Part shown: positions 9,010 through 17,199 of the stretch, piece by piece
Numbering within the stretch: position 1 is the first letter of the stretch
Layout of the letters: each line of letters starts with the position of its first letter
Source: Promethearchaeota archaeon
GTDB taxonomy: Archaea > Asgardarchaeota > Lokiarchaeia > Sigyniarchaeales > SOKP01
DNA: 38,239 bases
Assembly (NCBI GenBank): GCA_016930515.1
Contig: JAFGGO010000149.1
Span: 1 to 38,239 of the forward strand
Reading direction: 5' to 3'
Program-made: the position numbers and the translations under genes
Notes under the pieces: generated by a model
What the model was told of the DNA's origin: nothing
What the model saw: only the letters and a program-made list of their open reading frames with translations
The model's database searches: none

Positions 9010-10542
9010 CAGTATCAAAGGAAGTAAATCTCTAAATTTGATTTAATTGAATCTTTTTTTATTAAAATTTCATTCCAATTTTTATTGATCGTGAATAAAT
9101 TATTAACGATTACTTCCAATAGACATTTACCTTAAAACTTATAAGAGAAAAGTGGTTATATTTATGTATGCGCATAAAATATTTATCTCCACTTTCAGAT
9201 TTGGAAGTTGAGTTAAAACCACTTTTCTCAAATGAATATATGCTAGCATTTTTTAAATATTTTTGTGATCAAGTTGAATCTCAATCGTGGTGGTGGAGAA
9301 AGGTTAAAAACGCAAGATACGACGCCGAGGACTTTCTAAGGGTTTTTTTTTATTCCGAAATTACTGGAAGATCGTTGGATAGTGCCAGTGAAAGGTTGAA
9401 CAAGTATTTGCTGAATAAGAAAAGAGGAAAGCAAAAAAAATACGCTGATGGGCGGAAAAAGCGGGAAGTCCCACATCAAACCGAAGTAAACAAGCTTTTA
9501 CGCCGCATTGGTCTCGAAAAAGCGAGGAAAATCCTGCGAGCGTGTTTAGACAATCAATTACTGGAAGCCTTGAGATTGAACCTCATTTCAAGAAAGGTCA
9601 ATGTTTTAATTGACTTCACGGAACATTCTTACTACGGCAAGCGGAGAGATGAGATGATCAAGGGGACAAATCGGGGGAAAGGAACGAGCAGAATGAGGCA
9701 TTACTTGGGATTCTCGATTTTGTCGAGTGGACTTCATCTTTTTGCGGGGTTAGAGCACGTGGCAAAGGGACAATCTAAAATACCCGTGATCGTGAAATTT
9801 CTCGAGCATTTAATTGGGTTAGGATTTGAGATAAATTACGTGATGATAGATCGAGAGTTCTATCAGGCCGAGCTTTTAAAAGAGATCAAGAGACTATATG
9901 GGGAGGTGTTAGTTCCTTCCAAGTCGTACAAGAAAATCAACGCAATGATTGAAGAATATTTGAACGGAACGGGAAAAAGAATTAGAAAATATACGATATC
10001 AACCGCTCCTGGCGGAACCAAACAATTTTCCCAAGACTTGTACTTGATATTAAGGACAAAAAAGGGTCATTCCCTTTCTACCGTCAAGCAAGACTTTAAA
10101 AAAGGGAGGCTGACTTTAGACGACGCCAAGAAGCTCATGCACGCCGTGATGACCACCCAGAAACCAAGGGGAGACACGAGCTCGTGGGCGTCCCGCACGT
10201 CTCAGTTTTATAAAAAACGATGGAACATTGAAACGGGATTTTCCGACTTAAATCGGATGGGTTGTCGTTGGAAATCAAGATACGATACCACGAGATATTT
10301 GGACCTGTTGGTTCGCATGCTCCTTTACAATTCGTGGAAAATGAACGGCGCATGGCTTCAAAAATGCAGTAACACGGGGTATAATCCGCAAAAGTGGACC
10401 TTGCAATCCAACCAGGACGCTTTAGAAGAACTGTTTCTCGAAGCCTAGGGAAAATTACCCGTGGTCTCTCAAAAAGGTGATGATAATGTCGGATGTGAAA
10501 AAGAATAAACATTAATAGAAAAAATTACTTCCTTAGATACTG
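9010..10542 (+). mobile_element. ISH3-family (IS4-like) insertion sequence
   Basis: TIRs CAGTATCAAAGGAAGTAA (9010-9027) and the reverse complement of 10525-10542, CAGTATCTAAGGAAGTAA (17/18 match); 5-bp TSD ATTAT at 9005-9009 and 10543-10547. Confidence 0.92.
9168..10448 (+). CDS. DDE transposase, ISH3/IS4-like
   Basis: LIDFTEHSYYG (D1), MIDREFY (D2) and YKKRWNIETGF (Y-x2-R-x3-E signature). Confidence 0.92.
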   Translation: MRIKYLSPLSDLEVELKPLFSNEYMLAFFKYFCDQVESQSWWWRKVKNARYDAEDFLRVFFYSEITGRSLDSASERLNKYLLNKKRGKQKKYADGRKKREVPHQTEVNKLLRRIGLEKARKILRACLDNQLLEALRLNLISRKVNVLIDFTEHSYYGKRRDEMIKGTNRGKGTSRMRHYLGFSILSSGLHLFAGLEHVAKGQSKIPVIVKFLEHLIGLGFEINYVMIDREFYQAELLKEIKRLYGEVLVPSKSYKKINAMIEEYLNGTGKRIRKYTISTAPGGTKQFSQDLYLILRTKKGHSLSTVKQDFKKGRLTLDDAKKLMHAVMTTQKPRGDTSSWASRTSQFYKKRWNIETGFSDLNRMGCRWKSRYDTTRYLDLLVRMLLYNSWKMNGAWLQKCSNTGYNPQKWTLQSNQDALEELFLEA

Positions 10543-10577
10543 ATTATAAAGAGAAAACTCGGAATATTCTGAAAATA

Positions 10578-11363
10578 TCAATTAAATTTCTTGATTTGCT
10601 TATTGTATTCCTTAATAATATAATCTTGCATTTTATCAATTTTTACGGTATAAGGAACAATAATTAATATAATCCCCTGATCTTCGCATAATTGTTTCTT
10701 AATTCGGTCGCGGTCTTGTTGATCTAAGAATTCTTTGAAGTCTTTATGAAAATAAGTGTAATAAAGATAGTGCTGTTTGCCATTGTATTCAAATGCAATT
10801 TTTAAGTCTTCATTGTAACCATCTAAATGCATCTTGTGCTCAGTTTTTGGATTAATTAACCATTCGGGTCTTACAGTAGGAAACTTTGCATTAAAGATTT
10901 TTTCAAAGGCTTTTCGACATCCATTTTCCATATTGCTTTTAGAACAATTAGGACACCATGAATTCCTCTTAATACATGTTGGTATTGTTTTCCATCGATG
11001 ATTACATTTTCCACATTGCCATTCTAAAGGTGTTCTATTATTTATGTATTGTTTTGATAAACATTTACCTGATACACCAGTTCTTTTTATACCAACATTT
11101 TTTGCAAGTTCATACATATCTTCAATAGTCAATTTAATGTTTTGAGCACATTTTCCACACCAAGTTCCTCTTTTAACTTTGTTTGGTTTTGCCTTCCAAG
11201 TATATCCACATTTACCACATTGCCATTCAAGTTCTGTCTTATCATTGATATATTGTTCTGACAAACATTTTCCAGCTACTCCTGTTTTTTCTAAACCAAT
11301 TTTTATTGCTAGGTTTTTCATTTGTATAATGCTTATCATTTTTTCACCTTTGATTTTTTTCAA
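10578..11363 (-). CDS. Zinc-ribbon repeat protein with C-terminal PD-(D/E)XK/Vsr-like endonuclease domain
   Basis: Two repeats of KCLS.QYIN..T.LEWQCGKC...W......RxxWCxxC, then RPEWL..P......LDGYNEDLKIAFEYNGKQHY...D..K...C...GI.LI.VPY, typical of standalone/homing-type endonucleases in phages and large DNA viruses. Confidence 0.8.
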   Translation of the reverse strand: MKKIKGEKMISIIQMKNLAIKIGLEKTGVAGKCLSEQYINDKTELEWQCGKCGYTWKAKPNKVKRGTWCGKCAQNIKLTIEDMYELAKNVGIKRTGVSGKCLSKQYINNRTPLEWQCGKCNHRWKTIPTCIKRNSWCPNCSKSNMENGCRKAFEKIFNAKFPTVRPEWLINPKTEHKMHLDGYNEDLKIAFEYNGKQHYLYYTYFHKDFKEFLDQQDRDRIKKQLCEDQGIILIIVPYTVKIDKMQDYIIKEYNKQIKKFN

Positions 11364-11373
11364 AACATTCTTG

Positions 11374-12702
11374 TTAAGTCAGTTGCAATATCTTATTTAA
11401 CTGACTGAACCAACCACATCTTGATGTTCTTGATGATGTTGGTGCAGTCAGTTGAATTGATGGAGTATGAGATACTGATTGTTTTAACAACTGATTGAGT
11501 TGATTTTTCAGAAAACTTCTTTTCATATTACATTGTTTAGGCCTAAAATAATTTAACCAACCACTAACAAAATGAAATAATGAATTTTGACACTCAAGGT
11601 CTTTTAATTGTATATTCAAGGTAATTTCTCTCACATGTTCAAAAAATTTTTCAATAGATCTTTTTGAAGGAATACATTGGATGAATGCTTGATTATTGTT
11701 TTTTATTTGTTTAAATGTAAAACCTAAAAATTCAAAACCCATATTAGATCTAACGATTTTTGTCTTTTTCATATTCAAATTTAAACCTCTTTTTTTTAAA
11801 AAGAGGTTTAATTTAGGAACTACAAGGTTTTTCAGTATTTTATAAGAAGGAGCAATAACAATAAAATCATCTGCATATTTAATTAAACTAATTCCTCCAT
11901 TATTAGTTGTTCTTGTTAGAAAAGGAATATATTTTCTATTATCAATTCCGAATAATTGTTCGATTCCATCTAAAGCAATATTAGCTAGTAATGGACTTAT
12001 AACAGCGCCTTGGGATAATCCCTTAGCTGATTTATAATAATTTCCTTTATAAAAATAACCTACTTTAAGCCACTTATTTATTAGAGTCTTGAAATTTTTT
12101 ATTTTTTTTAGTAGTTCAATATGACTAATATTTTCAAAAAATTTTGAAATATCTGCAGTTAAAATCCAACAGAACTGAATTGAATTGTTTGCTTTATCCT
12201 TAATTCTTCCTATGGTTTGAAGATCAGTTTTAACTTGATTTATTGCATTATGAATACTATGATTTTTTCGATACCCGTATGTATTAGAGTCTAATTTTAC
12301 TTCCCACTCTGCTTCTAATGCCATCAATATTATCTTCTGCATTATTCTATCTTTAATAGTAGGAATTCCTATGGGCCGTTTTTCATTATTATTTTTATGA
12401 ATATAAACACGTTTAACGGGGAGTGGTTGGTAATTCTTAAAATTCAGTTCTTTTAAAAGCTCCCTTAGCTGTTTGGGGGATTCATAAAGTTTTCCATCAA
12501 CACCTGCCGTTATTTTTCTTTTATAATTCCTATTAGAAAAAAAAAAACTATACATTGCAAATAATTTTACATTTAATGAATGTATAAACAAATTTTGTAA
12601 AGATCTAACGGTTTTCCAACGCTTTTCGGTACAAGCTCTAAAAATACGTTTTTGAAGTTTATCTACATTATGTTTAACCTTAGACCAATTATAATCCTTC
12701 AA
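11374..12702 (-). CDS. Group II intron-type reverse transcriptase/maturase-like protein with truncated domain X and no En domain
   Basis: RVT_N-like start (W..V...V.KLQKRIFRA), TAGVDG, KRPIGIPTIKDRIMQ, ADISKFFENISH, GLSQGAVISPLLANIAL, YADD, GFEFLGF, GWLNYFR. Confidence 0.92.
   Translation of the reverse strand: MKDYNWSKVKHNVDKLQKRIFRACTEKRWKTVRSLQNLFIHSLNVKLFAMYSFFFSNRNYKRKITAGVDGKLYESPKQLRELLKELNFKNYQPLPVKRVYIHKNNNEKRPIGIPTIKDRIMQKIILMALEAEWEVKLDSNTYGYRKNHSIHNAINQVKTDLQTIGRIKDKANNSIQFCWILTADISKFFENISHIELLKKIKNFKTLINKWLKVGYFYKGNYYKSAKGLSQGAVISPLLANIALDGIEQLFGIDNRKYIPFLTRTTNNGGISLIKYADDFIVIAPSYKILKNLVVPKLNLFLKKRGLNLNMKKTKIVRSNMGFEFLGFTFKQIKNNNQAFIQCIPSKRSIEKFFEHVREITLNIQLKDLECQNSLFHFVSGWLNYFRPKQCNMKRSFLKNQLNQLLKQSVSHTPSIQLTAPTSSRTSRCGWFSQLNKILQLT
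11377..11498. repeat. Four alternating-orientation AGTCAGTTG-type repeats forming a long hairpin inside the RT 3' end
   Basis: AGTCAGTTG 11377-11385, AACTGACTG 11399-11407, CAGTCAGTTG 11445-11454, CAACTGATTG 11488-11497; inner stem ACCAAC 11409-11414/GTTGGT 11438-11443. Confidence 0.75.
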
Positions 12703-12875
12703 AAAAATTGAAATAGAATTGGAATGTTCAATATCCAGCAGTAATATTGTCTAACATCTCCAATTTATCTTTATACCGACCATTTTTAAATGTAAAATGC
12801 AATTAAATTCTTTTTTCAATAAAAGTTTAAAAAGTACAATATTCAAAGCAAAATAATAATTTAAAAGAAAGTAAA

Positions 12876-13010
12876 TGGGAGCGGCCGGATTTGAACCGAC
12901 GACCAACAAGTTTCTTCATCGAAATTATTTTTCGAGTCGGGATCTGGAGCCTTACGGTCGGAATCATTAAAAATTCCGAATGCCGCGATACCGAGCTTCG
13001 CCACGCCCCC
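12876..13010 (-). tRNA. tRNA-Trp(CCA) with two introns (29/30: 12952-12980; 37/38: 12912-12943)
   Basis: Acceptor GGGGGCG/CGCTCCC-A, D-stem GCGA/TCGC, anticodon stem GCAGG/CTTGT, loop CT-CCA-GA, T-arm GTCGG-TTCAAAT-CCGGC. Removing the 29-nt and 32-nt introns gives a 74-nt cloverleaf. Confidence 0.88.
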
Positions 13011-13159
13011 GAAATATTCAAGCGAACCGAAGTTTTCTTGGTTAAGTTACCTAACAAAAAAAATTATTTAAATTTTATATAGTTTTTTGTTTAATGATGG
13101 TGATATTTCATTATTATAGATTTTAAAAGCCTTACAATTTTTCTTTAAATCCCGTTCAA

Positions 13160-14902
13160 TTAATTTTTCTGTTTATTATACAACTCTTTAACCAAGTCTT
13201 CCAATTTGAGTTTATTTTCACAACCCTCACAAAATATACTTTCCTCGTTCAATATCGCTCCACACAATTGATAATATAGTTTATTTTGTTCCATCTTACC
13301 TGTAGAATTTAAGAATTGTTCTGAAACAGGTATTTTATTTTCAATCGTTTCAAGCTTGCTTTCGATTTCACTATTTCGTTTTTCCTTCGAAAGATCCATT
13401 CCTATTTTTCTTAAAATGATCTTGTTTTTTTCTGCTATTTCTGCATCAGAAGGCCAAGTGCGCTTTATGAGTGATGATTGGAGGGCAAACGGTTTTTCTA
13501 TAGAGTTAATGCGCACAATGCATTGTCCTTTCTTGAGTTCTGATAAGTATTTTACCTGCCACTCTCTCAAGTTAAGAAGTTCTTTCATAAGGTCCTTCTG
13601 CATATGAGCCTGAAAAGCTACCAGAACACCGCAATTAGCGAGGATTTCCTTGCTTAAGTTTGGCCTTGTTGCAAGTGTGATGAGACATTCACCTGTTCCC
13701 CGCAGCAAGAGGGCAATATCTTCAAGATAACTTGTAAGTTTCGTTCGAGAGCTGAGTTCCTGCGGTGCGAAATACTGGGCGTCTTCGATAACGGTCACAT
13801 GTCGAATGCCCTTGTAATCCTTGCTCCCTTGTTCCAAATTCCAATCCCATAAGTATTTGAGGATCATATTGAGAAAAAAGAGCGCATCCTCTTTTTCACC
13901 CCCTAATTTGATGATAGAACTGAGATCAAGCAATACTTTATGCTTAAACAGTTCTCGAACATCTAACGATTTCTTATCGAAAATGTGCTTCAAGGTGCCC
14001 ACGCTGTACCTTCGTATTCTGTTTTCTATGGCAACCACGCTTTTTTTGAAGGTAATGTCATCATTGTGCTCATTTTTAGTATATCTCTGAGCAATTTCCT
14101 GAAATTTATTCCAACTCCTAAAATTCTTATTCGTAACCACCTTTCTAAGAATATCAATGAACACGCGTTCCATTTGCGGGCTATAATCCACATTCTCAAG
14201 CAAACCGCCACTTTCAAATATTTGATAAACCCGTTCTGCGTGTATGTTTGGATTACTCCTTTCCGGATTAAATATATTGATCGAAAAATTTACCCCTGGC
14301 TTGAGTATGAGTAGATCCTCGATAGTTTTTTGAAGATGCTGATATTCTCCCTTGAATTCTACGAGTAAGAAAGGAATTTGCTTATGATTTTTCGAGAATT
14401 GAAGGAGTAAGTTTTGCATAAAGTTACTTTTACCCGCGCCTGTGATGCCGCATACAAATATATGTTGCGCCATATCATCCAGATTTAGCGAAAATTGGTG
14501 CTTGGTTTTGTTTTTATTGCATACCCGTCCTAAGCAAATCGATCCTTTCGACTTCCATCTTGATGGATATTCCATAGATATTTGATGCTTTGATATGAAA
14601 GGACGCGTGTTTTTTAAGATAGGAACGATGAGCACCCACGAAAAGCAGGTCCCACAAAGATACAACAAATTTCCAAGAGTAATTTTTGATATTTGAAATT
14701 TCAATATTGCCAAAATTATTAATGATATTAAGATCATCAAACAGATTCCGTAAAATATCGTGAAAATCCTTATGAACCAAATATTTTCTGATTTATTGTT
14801 TTTGATGTGAAAATAACGCACGATTGTGCGTATAAGTCCCGTGATTATTACAAAAACAGCAAATATTAGTGCAGTGAAAAAGATAACATCAGGCATAAAC
14901 AA
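13160..14902 (-). CDS. Membrane-anchored HerA/FtsK/VirB4-like ATPase (DUF87-type)
   Basis: Three N-terminal TM segments; HIFVCGITGAGKS Walker A; LLVEFKGEY; Walker B-like VTVIEDAQ; LRGTG arginine-finger-like motif; degenerate C-terminal zinc ribbon. Confidence 0.85.
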   Translation of the reverse strand: MFMPDVIFFTALIFAVFVIITGLIRTIVRYFHIKNNKSENIWFIRIFTIFYGICLMILISLIILAILKFQISKITLGNLLYLCGTCFSWVLIVPILKNTRPFISKHQISMEYPSRWKSKGSICLGRVCNKNKTKHQFSLNLDDMAQHIFVCGITGAGKSNFMQNLLLQFSKNHKQIPFLLVEFKGEYQHLQKTIEDLLILKPGVNFSINIFNPERSNPNIHAERVYQIFESGGLLENVDYSPQMERVFIDILRKVVTNKNFRSWNKFQEIAQRYTKNEHNDDITFKKSVVAIENRIRRYSVGTLKHIFDKKSLDVRELFKHKVLLDLSSIIKLGGEKEDALFFLNMILKYLWDWNLEQGSKDYKGIRHVTVIEDAQYFAPQELSSRTKLTSYLEDIALLLRGTGECLITLATRPNLSKEILANCGVLVAFQAHMQKDLMKELLNLREWQVKYLSELKKGQCIVRINSIEKPFALQSSLIKRTWPSDAEIAEKNKIILRKIGMDLSKEKRNSEIESKLETIENKIPVSEQFLNSTGKMEQNKLYYQLCGAILNEESIFCEGCENKLKLEDLVKELYNKQKN

Positions 14903-14992
14903 CCGTATTTTTGATTTAATGATATTAAACTACAATGTTTTGATCCAATTTTATGAACAATAATATATCAAATAACCTGCAGATACAAGAAA

Positions 14993-15748
14993 GGTTCAGC
15001 AAGCGTCACAATCCATAAAGACGCACTTGGTCCGGACATTACCATCCACGCCCCTACTTCGGGTGATTTGTTCGGGATCAAACCCTTGCGATTTAACCTA
15101 ACTTTCACGGGAGGAGACCTGGATTCTGCGTGGTATTGCTAGCACGACGGGGCTGCGTGGACCGCGAATTATTCGATTTCAGGAATCACTTTGGAAACTG
15201 CGGTTGGTACTGTTAACGAGGAGGTTTGGAGCGCCTTTTCGAACGGCTCTATCTCGATTACATTTTATGCCAACGACACCAGGGGAAACGTGAACGTAAA
15301 GGAACTTGCAGTAAAAAAGGACGGATACGCGCCCGTTGTCACTGTCCTATCTCCTGTGAATTTAACAAACATTGGGAGTGAACCACCTATTTTAGAAGTG
15401 AGTATCATTGACCACAACCTCGAAAGCGCCTGGTACACATTAGACGATGGTTTAATGAATTATACGCTTGAGACGAATGATACCGTTGATATTAATGCTT
15501 GGATTGAGCTCTGGGGCGTTTTGAACGATGGAGGTGCCATAACAATCCATATTTACGCTCGAGATGTGGCAGGGAATCTGGGATCGGCAACGATCGTGCT
15601 CTATAAGCAAGCAAAATCAACTCAAGCGAATTCCGTTCCAGGATACATAATGTTTTTCTTTCTTTATGTATTGCTTTTCTCGTTAATTGGTGCGGTCTTG
15701 TTCGCACGACGGAGATCTTCTCTTGATTTCCATTACTTTTTTCTCTGA
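14993..15748 (+). pseudogene. 5'-truncated Ig-like repeat cell-surface protein with C-terminal TM anchor and an in-frame TAG
   Basis: The frame upstream of 15191 reads ..VTIHKDALGPDITIHAP..DLDSAWYC-TAG(15140-15142)-HDG, homologous to the downstream repeat NLESAWYTLDDG. It ends in VPGY + TM + RRR; no signal peptide is visible. Confidence 0.7.
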
Positions 15749-15787
15749 AGCGATTTTTCCAAGATTTTGAAGATCGCCTTTACTTCT

Positions 15788-15967
15788 TTATAATTTTTGA
15801 TATAATATACCTGTATTTTCATCATATTCTTGAGTATTATCCATGGAAATATTAAAAGCAAGGTATTTACACTGCCGGAATCATATGTCCTTCACATACA
15901 TATTTGTCTTTTCATTCTCAAGCTTGAGCGTGATATATTCGTTAATTTTAAACTCCTTTTCTCTCAT
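15788..15967 (-). pseudogene. Fragment of the Lokiarchaeia-type N-terminal domain often found on LRR proteins
   Basis: MREKEFKINEYITLKLENEKTNMYVKDI-TGA(15881-15883)-FRQCKYLAFNI, ending shortly after at TAA 15788-15790. Confidence 0.6.
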
Positions 15968-16066
15968 TATTTATATTTGCTTGGATTCTTATAGTAAATT
16001 AACTTAAGTGGTTATAAATTATAAAATATTTAAGTAGTGGTATAAAAAAAAGCTTTATTACTACAA

Positions 16067-16315
16067 CTAAAATTTTAAAGGTATATCCTCCTTTGGAGTG
16101 AGACATAAATCGTTCACTATAGTAATTCGCTTGACAATTTTTCGAATTTTAGTTTTTACATCAATCTCATGGATTTCAACTATTCCTTCGTCTCCTTCGT
16201 TCACGTAATCAAGTATTTCTCTCAAGACTTCGTCCATTGAGTATCTCATGATCTTCCATTTTCTGGCGTTCTTGCCGAAAAAAACGGCCTTATACGATTT
16301 CTTGTATAGTTCCAT
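16067..16315 (-). CDS. Small hypothetical protein
   Basis: 82-aa ATG ORF with protein-like composition; no motif recognised. Confidence 0.5.
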   Translation of the reverse strand: MELYKKSYKAVFFGKNARKWKIMRYSMDEVLREILDYVNEGDEGIVEIHEIDVKTKIRKIVKRITIVNDLCLTPKEDIPLKF

Positions 16316-16594
16316 GCTTTTTCTTTTATTAAATGTGGTTGTCTATGTAAGTAACTCATGTGAGGCTATTTAAAGGCATCTGGTATAAAAGTGCAATTAT
16401 ATTCTCCGTTTTTTTTTCTTTAATCGAGATTTTCCGCTATTAAAATCATTGCAGATTAAAGAGAAAATTTTATTGCAAATCAACAAATCTTTTTTATAAA
16501 TCATTGATTTTTATCAAGGAACTGTATTTAAGAGAGAAAATAAAAGAATTTCATGAAATATTTACTTAATACCAATAAAATTTTGTTTAAAGGA

Positions 16595-17155
16595 TTAATT
16601 CTGATTGTTTAATACGATTTCTTCCGAAAATTTCTTTGGATTCACGAGCGAACCTCTTACGGGACAATTTCTTTCCACTCTTTCAAGTACTTGTTTTATT
16701 TTTCTTATATTTTCGTCTGATTCAATGAACCACGTGATTTTGTAATCGTAAAATCCAGGTAAAGGCGCATCCTTAAGGATCAGAACGGCTCTCTTGTCGT
16801 AAGTAGCCTCAAGTTTTACTTTCAGCGATTTAATTTTAACATCAGCGAAGGTAAAATAGATCAATGCAGTGATTTGCATGCAATTGCCTAACGAGGCAAG
16901 TAATTGGTTCATTGCGGTGGAGATCGTTCCCGATCCATTCAATTCCTTTGGTGCATCGCATTCAATCGAGATATTACCGATTTTCGTCCGAACGTGAAGA
17001 TTTTCAACCTGTTCCGATTCAGCAACCATCGTAGATATGTAAAGCCTGTCTCCTTCTTCGGTAAACTTGTACTTGTTCATATTATCCAGCCGATTTTTAT
17101 AAGCGGAAACGGTTTCGTCACTTATCAACTTCTTGCTCATGGTTAGCATAATCAT
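16595..17155 (-). CDS. OsmC/Ohr family protein
   Basis: DAPKELNGSG, LLASLGNC and ERNCPV (two conserved Cys). Confidence 0.85.
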   Translation of the reverse strand: MIMLTMSKKLISDETVSAYKNRLDNMNKYKFTEEGDRLYISTMVAESEQVENLHVRTKIGNISIECDAPKELNGSGTISTAMNQLLASLGNCMQITALIYFTFADVKIKSLKVKLEATYDKRAVLILKDAPLPGFYDYKITWFIESDENIRKIKQVLERVERNCPVRGSLVNPKKFSEEIVLNNQN

Positions 17156-17199
17156 GCGTTAAATATTTAATTTTTGGTTAATTCACAATAATGATTACA

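Larger units (their letters stand above)
8511..12911. mobile_element. tRNA-Trp-anchored island (RT + endonuclease + ORFan + nested IS), no integrase
   Basis: Flanked by direct repeats of the tRNA 3' exon in the geometry expected for tRNA integration; cargo is visibly more AT-rich than flanking housekeeping genes. Confidence 0.65.

Noticed and set aside
10578-12702. Diversity-generating retroelement or retron
   Set aside because: The RT motif QGAVISPLLANI and RVT_N-like start are group II-type. The two repeats in the nuclease gene differ at all base types rather than only adenines, and no retron VTG motif or msr/msd layout was seen.
11374-12875. Complete group II intron
   Set aside because: No room for domains I-III between the tRNA and the RT start, and no recognisable domain V/VI after the RT.
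12827-13082. ORFs 12827-13057 (-) and 12891-13082 (+)
   Set aside because: They overlap the tRNA-Trp gene and are shadow ORFs.
15140-15142. Pyrrolysine at the in-frame TAG
   Set aside because: It aligns with Leu in the sister repeat, the gene is also 5'-truncated, and no pyl genes are in the window.
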